From: an uncultured bacterium
GTDB taxonomy: Bacteria; Armatimonadota; DTGP01; CAYSAW01
Reading direction: 5' to 3'
Length of the DNA: 64,000 nt
Assembly: GCA_964429225.1 (NCBI GenBank)
Contig: CAYSAW010000003.1
Location: 169,522 to 233,521, forward strand
Shown: positions 58,535-64,000 of the stretch, in pieces
How the letters are laid out: each line of letters opens with the position of its first letter
Position numbering within the stretch: the first letter of the stretch is position 1
Translations under genes and position numbers: made by a program
The notes under the pieces: generated by a model
Told to the model about the DNA's origin: nothing
Seen by the model: only the letters and a program-made list of their open reading frames with translations
Database searches by the model: none

Positions 58535-59776
58535 TTAAGATACCCCATATTGGTCAATCACCTGCTCTAAAATTGCCAAACCCTGGTAAACATCCTCTTC
58601 CGGGATCACTAGCGCGGGTAGAAGTCGGATAGTGTATTCACTGGAGGCGTTGATCACTAAGCCTTTCTCAAGGGCAGAAAGCATCACTTCTCGAGCCACT
58701 GGCTTTGCCAAGTCAAAACCGATCATCAACCCAAGACCACGAATATCGGTGATCGCCCTAGTGCGCTCCCTGATTTTATAAAGCTCGGAGAGGAAGAGCT
58801 GGCCTAATCGTTCTGCTCGCTGGATCAACTGCTCCTCCTTAAGAACCTTTAGAGCGGTAAGCGCTGCCGTACAAGAAGCCGGATTCCCCCCAAACGTACA
58901 CCCGTGGTCACCAGGGACAAAAGCCGAGGCGACTTCCGGCTTAGCTAAACAAACCCCTATAGGTAAACCTCCCCCCAGGGTTTTAGCATTGGTGACGATA
59001 TCCGGTACAATGTCATAGTGTTCATAGGCCCAGAAACGACCAGTTCGCCCAAAACCGGTTTGTACTTCATCCAAGATCAGGAGGAGGCCCTTTTCATCAC
59101 AAAGTTGGCGCACTCCCTGAAGGTACTCTCGAGTAGCCGGGTAGATCCCACTCTCTCCGAGAATTGGCTCCAGCATCACCGCACAGGTATGAGGGCCAAT
59201 AGCTTCTTCCAGAGCTTGGAGATCATTAAAAGGGACATAACGGAAACCCTCCGGGAGAGGCTCAAAACCCTTTTGAAACTTCGGTTGACCAGTTGCGGTG
59301 ATTGTGGCGAGGGTTCTGCCATGAAAAGAGTTTAAAGCAGTAATAATTTCATAGTAAGCCTCCCCCCGGTTCTGCTTGGCCCATTTCCGAGCTAGCTTGA
59401 TAGCAGTTTCGTTCACTTCCGCTCCCGAATTATTAAAAAAAGCCCGACAGCAAGGGGTTGTTTCCGCCAGCAAAGAGGCTAACCGCCCCAGAGAGTAGTG
59501 GTAAAAATCGTTAGAGAGGAAAAGCAGACGGTCAGCCTGTTGGCGGAGGGCCTCAGCAATAGCAGGGTGGGAATGCCCTAAAGCATTGCCAGCTCGCCCT
59601 CCACTTTCAAAATCAATATACTCCCTCCCTTCTGCATCCCATAACCGGGCGCCTCGGCCTTTTACAAAAACCACTGGCAGGCGGGTATAAGTCCGCATCA
59701 CATACTGATCAATCCATTCTTTAACTTGCTCTCCATCCACCGTCTCGGGTATGGGCACCCAATCCTGCTCGATCAT
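58535..59776 (-). CDS. argD: acetylornithine aminotransferase (class III PLP aminotransferase)
   Basis: Class-III aminotransferase fold with the DEVQTGFGRTG PLP region. Good RBS. Confidence 0.9.
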   Translation of the reverse strand: MIEQDWVPIPETVDGEQVKEWIDQYVMRTYTRLPVVFVKGRGARLWDAEGREYIDFESGGRAGNALGHSHPAIAEALRQQADRLLFLSNDFYHYSLGRLASLLAETTPCCRAFFNNSGAEVNETAIKLARKWAKQNRGEAYYEIITALNSFHGRTLATITATGQPKFQKGFEPLPEGFRYVPFNDLQALEEAIGPHTCAVMLEPILGESGIYPATREYLQGVRQLCDEKGLLLILDEVQTGFGRTGRFWAYEHYDIVPDIVTNAKTLGGGLPIGVCLAKPEVASAFVPGDHGCTFGGNPASCTAALTALKVLKEEQLIQRAERLGQLFLSELYKIRERTRAITDIRGLGLMIGFDLAKPVAREVMLSALEKGLVINASSEYTIRLLPALVIPEEDVYQGLAILEQVIDQYGVS

Positions 59777-60205
59777 CCTCCTGTTTCTCCTTTCCTTAAA
59801 GGCTGGCTTAGCCTCTCAGAGCCTCCCAAAACACAAAAGTCTCCTTTAGAGTCTTCTAATCTCAAAAAGCCTCTTGGACCTCTGGGTTGTCAGGAGTAGA
59901 TAGAGGAAGGCCAGAACCAAAGGTTCAAACTCGGAATCGCTCCCTAACCCTTCTCTGGTTGATCCAGACCTTACCTCCCTGATTCCCTTTCTCAACTTTT
60001 TGGGCTCATTTTCAGTGTAAACTCTCTCTTCTAGCGAAGTCAAAGACCCCTTGAGCTAAAGAGAGTTTTATCATAAGGGCAACCCCCAATCTGGGCCAAA
60101 GTTTGGCCTGCTTTAAAAGGACGTTCCTTAGTTCAAAGGGCTAGGCTTCCGATGAATCCTTAGGTTTGGTAGCGTTCCTTTCCGGTAGGGTTTCGGTAGT
60201 CGCAA

Positions 60206-60234
60206 GCTTCAGCCTGCATCCCCTCCCTCGCCCG
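60206..60234 (+). repeat. dispersed repeat copy d (GGTAGTCGCAAGCTTCAGCCTGCATCCCC), with a degenerate partial copy at 60323..60348
   Basis: Same family. Located in the 700-bp intergenic region between argD and the PDZ/radical-SAM gene. Confidence 0.6.
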
Positions 60235-60472
60235 CGGGGGATTATAGAAGAGGTGCACTCTAAAAGGTGCGACTACCTGATGCCCTCCCCCCTTGTGGAG
60301 GAGGGTTAGGGTGAGGGATAAATAGCTGCAGGCTTTAGGTAAAAGGAGCTAAGCTCGGTAGCAAGCTTTCGCCTATACCCAAGATTGAGTAAAGGCAGGC
60401 CTAAAGACCTACCTTAAAAAAGTTGACAGAGGCCCCAGAATCCGATAGGCTTAAAGGCGGTGCTGTAAAACG

Positions 60473-61852
60473 ATGGCAAAGACTCTTCATTTATACCCCG
60501 CGCCCGCGGTTATAAGAGAAGTCTCTACCCGACGAAAACCTTCTCCCGGAGGAATCGTGGAGGCAGTCCACCCAGGTTCTCCAGCAGACCGAGCCGGGAT
60601 CAAACCTGGGGATCGTCTTATTGCTATTGATCATACTCCTGTGCAAGACCTCCTGGATTATCGCTTTCGCACCAGTGGAGAACCCTGCCTCCTCACCTTC
60701 GAAACCTCCGAAGGGAGGCAGATTCAGTTTCGTAAGCCAGCTTTTGAGGACGCCGGTGTAGAGTTTGCCTCCGAACTCTTTGATCGGGTTCGGATTTGCA
60801 ACAATAATTGCCCCTTCTGCTTCATTTACCAGCTTCCTAAAGGGATGCGCCCCTCCCTCTATATTAAAGATGATGACTACCGCCTCTCTTTTATGCACGG
60901 CAACTATATTACCCTAACTAACCTTACCGAGGAGGAATTCGAACGTATCTGCCAGCAACGAATCAGCCCCCTCTACGTCAGTGTCCATGCTACTATACCC
61001 GAAGTCCGAGCCCGTCTCTTAGGAAATCCTCACGGAGGCGATATCCTCACCCCCTTACGCAAGCTCATCGACGCCCGCATCCAAGTCCATTGCCAAATCG
61101 TCTTTTGCCCTACCATTAACGACCGGGAAGTGCTAGACCAGACGCTGACGGACCTTGCTCAACTCTACCCAGGGACCCAGTCTGTGGCGATTGTGCCTGT
61201 AGCAATGGGAAAACACGTGCCCAAAAAGCGCCGCCTTCCTACCACTTCCCCCGAACTTGCTCGATACACCATCCGACAAGTTCACTTCCGGCAAAAAGAA
61301 TTTCTGAAAACTTTGGGAACCCGTTTCGCTTTCCTGGCGGATGAGTTCTACTTTCTGGCCGGAGAACCGATCCCCGGTTACGCCCATTATGAAGGCTTCC
61401 CCCAGCTAGAAGATGGTATCGGTTTAGTTCGCCTCCTCTGGCATCAATGGGGATACCTCCGACGAACCCTCCCCCAAAAACTCCCCCTTAAATACCGCAT
61501 CACCCTGATTACCGGGGTTTTGGGCCAACCCTCCATTGCTCCTGTTGTCGCAGACCTCAACCGGATTGAGAATCTTCAAGTGGATATCCTAGTGGTTCCC
61601 AACCGTTTCTTCGGTGAAAGCATCACAGTAACAGGCCTCCTTACCGGCCAGGATATTCTAACCCAATGTCTCTCCTATTTGAAAACTCGGAAAGCCCCCC
61701 AAGAATGGTGGATACCCGATGTAACCCTGCGAGACAACCGTTTTCTCGATGACCTCGAACCTCGGCATATCGAAACCACAACAGGAATCCCGGTAAGAAT
61801 TATTCCTGCCTCTGCTAAGGGTCTTAGAGAAGCGATTAAAAGCTTGGCCTAA
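60473..61852 (+). CDS. PDZ-domain plus radical-SAM (CxxxCxxC) DUF512-family protein
   Basis: N-terminal PDZ (GSPADRAGIKPGDRLIAIDH). CNNNCPFC is a Cx3Cx2C radical-SAM motif. The C-terminus is DUF512-like. Confidence 0.75.
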   Translation: MAKTLHLYPAPAVIREVSTRRKPSPGGIVEAVHPGSPADRAGIKPGDRLIAIDHTPVQDLLDYRFRTSGEPCLLTFETSEGRQIQFRKPAFEDAGVEFASELFDRVRICNNNCPFCFIYQLPKGMRPSLYIKDDDYRLSFMHGNYITLTNLTEEEFERICQQRISPLYVSVHATIPEVRARLLGNPHGGDILTPLRKLIDARIQVHCQIVFCPTINDREVLDQTLTDLAQLYPGTQSVAIVPVAMGKHVPKKRRLPTTSPELARYTIRQVHFRQKEFLKTLGTRFAFLADEFYFLAGEPIPGYAHYEGFPQLEDGIGLVRLLWHQWGYLRRTLPQKLPLKYRITLITGVLGQPSIAPVVADLNRIENLQVDILVVPNRFFGESITVTGLLTGQDILTQCLSYLKTRKAPQEWWIPDVTLRDNRFLDDLEPRHIETTTGIPVRIIPASAKGLREAIKSLA

Positions 61853-62253
61853 TCACTAATCACCTCCTGGAGGCCTCCAGAAGACCACACCTAGCGCGAT
61901 TTCCTCTTCGATCAGGTTAAAGTCATCTGGCGAGAGAAAGGAACACCGGTTCCTACCAACTTCTTGAGAGTTGGAGCATATAAGACTAAGACTCCTGAGA
62001 TAGATTCTCAGGATGGCGATAAACCGGGCTTTGAAGTAGGGGAACGGTGTATTCTCTAATCACAAGTTTTTACCCTCCGCATTCCTCTAGAATAGAGAAA
62101 TCGACCAAATCACCCTTCCAAAACTCTTTCCCAACCCAGGTAGGGGTGCAATTCATTATACCCCTACCTTGCAAGGATTGGAGGAAGCCTGAGGCTAGAA
62201 CCCAAATAGGTCTATTGGGGGAAAATCCTCCCTAACCTATTAAGGAGAAAACT

Positions 62254-63258
62254 ATGCCAGGAATTGCAATTGCCAGTTTTGCCCACGTTCACACGGAAGG
62301 ATACGCCCGAGAGCTCGCTCAACTTCCCGAGGTCAAAATTGTGGGAATTTGGGATGAGGAGCCTGAGAGAGGAAAAGCTGCGGCCCAACGCTATCAAACC
62401 TCCTTTGAACCGAACTTAGAGAAGCTCTTACAACAGGAAGAAGTTGAGGGAGTAGTCCTTTGTTCCCCCACTTCGATGCACCGAGAAATTGTGGAAGCCT
62501 GTGCCCGTTACAAAAAAGCAGTCTTCTGTGAAAAACCCTTGGCAGTCAATACCCAAGAAGCCAAAGCAATAGTAAAAACGGTTGAGGAGAGTGGTATCCT
62601 CTTCTTGATGTGTTTTCCTTCCCGAACGCGTCCCGAGGCTTTACTGGCCAAGCGTATTGTTGAGGAGAAACTCATCGGTGAGATTACCCAAGCTCGGGCC
62701 AGCACAGGTCACTCCGCCGCTCTAGACGACTGGTGGAAACCGGGGAATTGGTTCCGCGACCCCCTCCGAGCCGGCGGAGGAGGGTTCCTCGACTTAGGTG
62801 TCCATCGGATGGACCTCCTTCGGTGGCTTCTGGGGAAACCCCGCTGTGTCACCGCCCGGATTGTCAACTTTACCGGAAAGTACGAAGTAGACGATAGTGG
62901 GATAGCAGTCATCGAGTTTGCTTCCGGTACTCTTGCCAGCCTGGATGCTGGTTGGGTGCGGCGAAGTGGTGCTAGCCCTCTAGAGCTCTATGGAACCGAA
63001 GGCTTTTATGCCATTGGCTACCCAGGCCGTGGCCCTCTCTTCCAATCCACTGCCCTCGAATATGCTCACCTAAAAGGACAATTAGAAGTTCAATTGGGGC
63101 CTGGCCTCGACAGTCCCCTCCGCCAATTTGTCCAATGCCTTACTGAGAAGAAAGCCCCCTCAATTACCGTATATGATGGTTATAACGCTACAGAGTTAAT
63201 GGAAGCCTGCTACCGCTCCTCTCAGGAAGGCCGAACAATCGAACTCCCCCTTGACTAA
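62254..63258 (+). CDS. Gfo/Idh/MocA family oxidoreductase
   Basis: Rossmann N-terminus and Gfo/Idh/MocA C-terminal domain. AAGGAG RBS. Confidence 0.85.
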   Translation: MPGIAIASFAHVHTEGYARELAQLPEVKIVGIWDEEPERGKAAAQRYQTSFEPNLEKLLQQEEVEGVVLCSPTSMHREIVEACARYKKAVFCEKPLAVNTQEAKAIVKTVEESGILFLMCFPSRTRPEALLAKRIVEEKLIGEITQARASTGHSAALDDWWKPGNWFRDPLRAGGGGFLDLGVHRMDLLRWLLGKPRCVTARIVNFTGKYEVDDSGIAVIEFASGTLASLDAGWVRRSGASPLELYGTEGFYAIGYPGRGPLFQSTALEYAHLKGQLEVQLGPGLDSPLRQFVQCLTEKKAPSITVYDGYNATELMEACYRSSQEGRTIELPLD

Positions 63259-63613
63259 AAGTGATTTCACAATTCTGTTCAAGCAGAGGAGGATAAAAAC
63301 CAGGACAACAAACACCCTATAGAGGGTATAGACTCGTGACAGTGAACTCCAAGATGATAGGAAGGCTTTTATCAATCGAACGCCCATTTGATAACTGAGC
63401 GCTAATCCCTAATCAAATCTCCCCTCCTTCCCTTAGAGTAAAGGTCCTTCGCCCCCTCCTACAAACCCCTTTCGAGGGAGTACAAGCTCCTCTCTCTTCC
63501 TTAGCAAATGTCCCTATTTACAAAAGCAAGCCTCCTACCCCACTCTCCCAAGGATCCCTCTTTGCAACTTCCCAAAGAGTAAAACGTCTAAGATTGAGGG
63601 GAAGGAAAGAACG

Positions 63614-64000
63614 ATGAAAAAACAGCAATCTTTAAAAAATATGCAGACTCAAAAGAGACTTCTGGCTATCCTTCTGATGGGAGGTTCTCTCTTCCTAGGC
63701 TTAAACGTATTCCTTCGCTCGGATCCTAAAGCTTCGGGAGAAAGAACCTCCCAGCCTCGGCAGAAGAGTTCAATCGCTAAGCAGCAATCCGTTGATCCCA
63801 AAGGACCTAAGCCTCTTATGGCCTACTCTGCTCTCCTTCACACCAATCCCTTCGCCCCAATGGTTAAAGCAAACGGGCGCCGGAACGGTTCTCGCCAGAA
63901 TACCTTAGTAGAAGGTACCTCGCCTCTGGCTCCTCTTCCTCCCTTAGGTGTGGACTTGAAGGTCGTACCCTCCGACTCTAAGACTACAGACAAAAATAAA
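63614..64000 (+). CDS. 5' part of a gene for a hypothetical protein with an N-terminal TM anchor; runs off the window
   Basis: The ATG at 63614 has a GGAAGGAAAG RBS and the frame stays open to the window end (129 codons). Not in the ORF track because it is truncated. Confidence 0.35.
   Translation, partial: MKKQQSLKNMQTQKRLLAILLMGGSLFLGLNVFLRSDPKASGERTSQPRQKSSIAKQQSVDPKGPKPLMAYSALLHTNPFAPMVKANGRRNGSRQNTLVEGTSPLAPLPPLGVDLKVVPSDSKTTDKNK

Noticed and set aside
60323-60348. A fifth copy of the dispersed repeat (GCTGCAGGCTTTAGGTAAAAGG), and a similar stretch inside the DUF4838 CDS at ~42521
   Set aside because: Only ~10-12 nt are shared with the consensus. I treated it as a degenerate or chance match rather than a full copy.
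61868-61881. CTGGAGGCCTCCAG perfect palindrome after the PDZ/radical-SAM gene, as a terminator
   Set aside because: It has no loop and no downstream T-run. It may be a protein-binding site but is not a convincing intrinsic terminator.
1-64000. tRNA, rRNA and tmRNA genes
   Set aside because: I scanned the intergenic regions for T-loop (GGTTCGAATCC-like) and other hallmark motifs and found none. No rRNA-like stretches are present.

Overview
This 64-kb window is bacterial chromosome at roughly 52% GC with dense genes on both strands. I saw no rRNA, tRNA, CRISPR-cas or obvious transposase. The gene content (DUF6807/PmoA-like, DUF4838-like, GH125 and GH38-like mannosidases, Tat-exported Gfo/Idh/MocA and PaoABC-like oxidoreductases) suggests an environmental heterotroph, possibly Armatimonadota or PVC-like; that is an inference, not verified. 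Housekeeping blocks are lon, rpsO-pnp, lexA, a crcB gene behind a fluoride riboswitch, an argD-argF-X-metB-like-argG-argH cluster, yifB/comM and an rlmD-like gene. Three regions look accessory. (1) At 0.2-3.6 kb: a hypothetical protein, an ankyrin-repeat protein and an orphan Dam-like N6-adenine methyltransferase (MTase) with a ~190-aa C-terminal extension. (2) At 5.0-6.8 kb: an overlapping DUF721-PIN pair next to a 30-bp perfect direct repeat. (3) At 28.7-36 kb: a stand-alone sigma-70 region-4 protein bracketed by copies of a dispersed 28-nt repeat, followed by a translationally coupled operon of a 311-aa unknown protein and an 1189-aa Dna2-like protein. That Dna2-like protein carries a RecB/Cas4-type PD-(D/E)xK nuclease with an Fe-S Cys cluster fused to an SF1B (Upf1/Dna2-like) helicase, and is the best candidate here for an undescribed defence or repair system. 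Other notable elements are a Cheo-type GAACATATGTTC palindrome, a different palindrome over the lexA promoter, and a bidirectional terminator.
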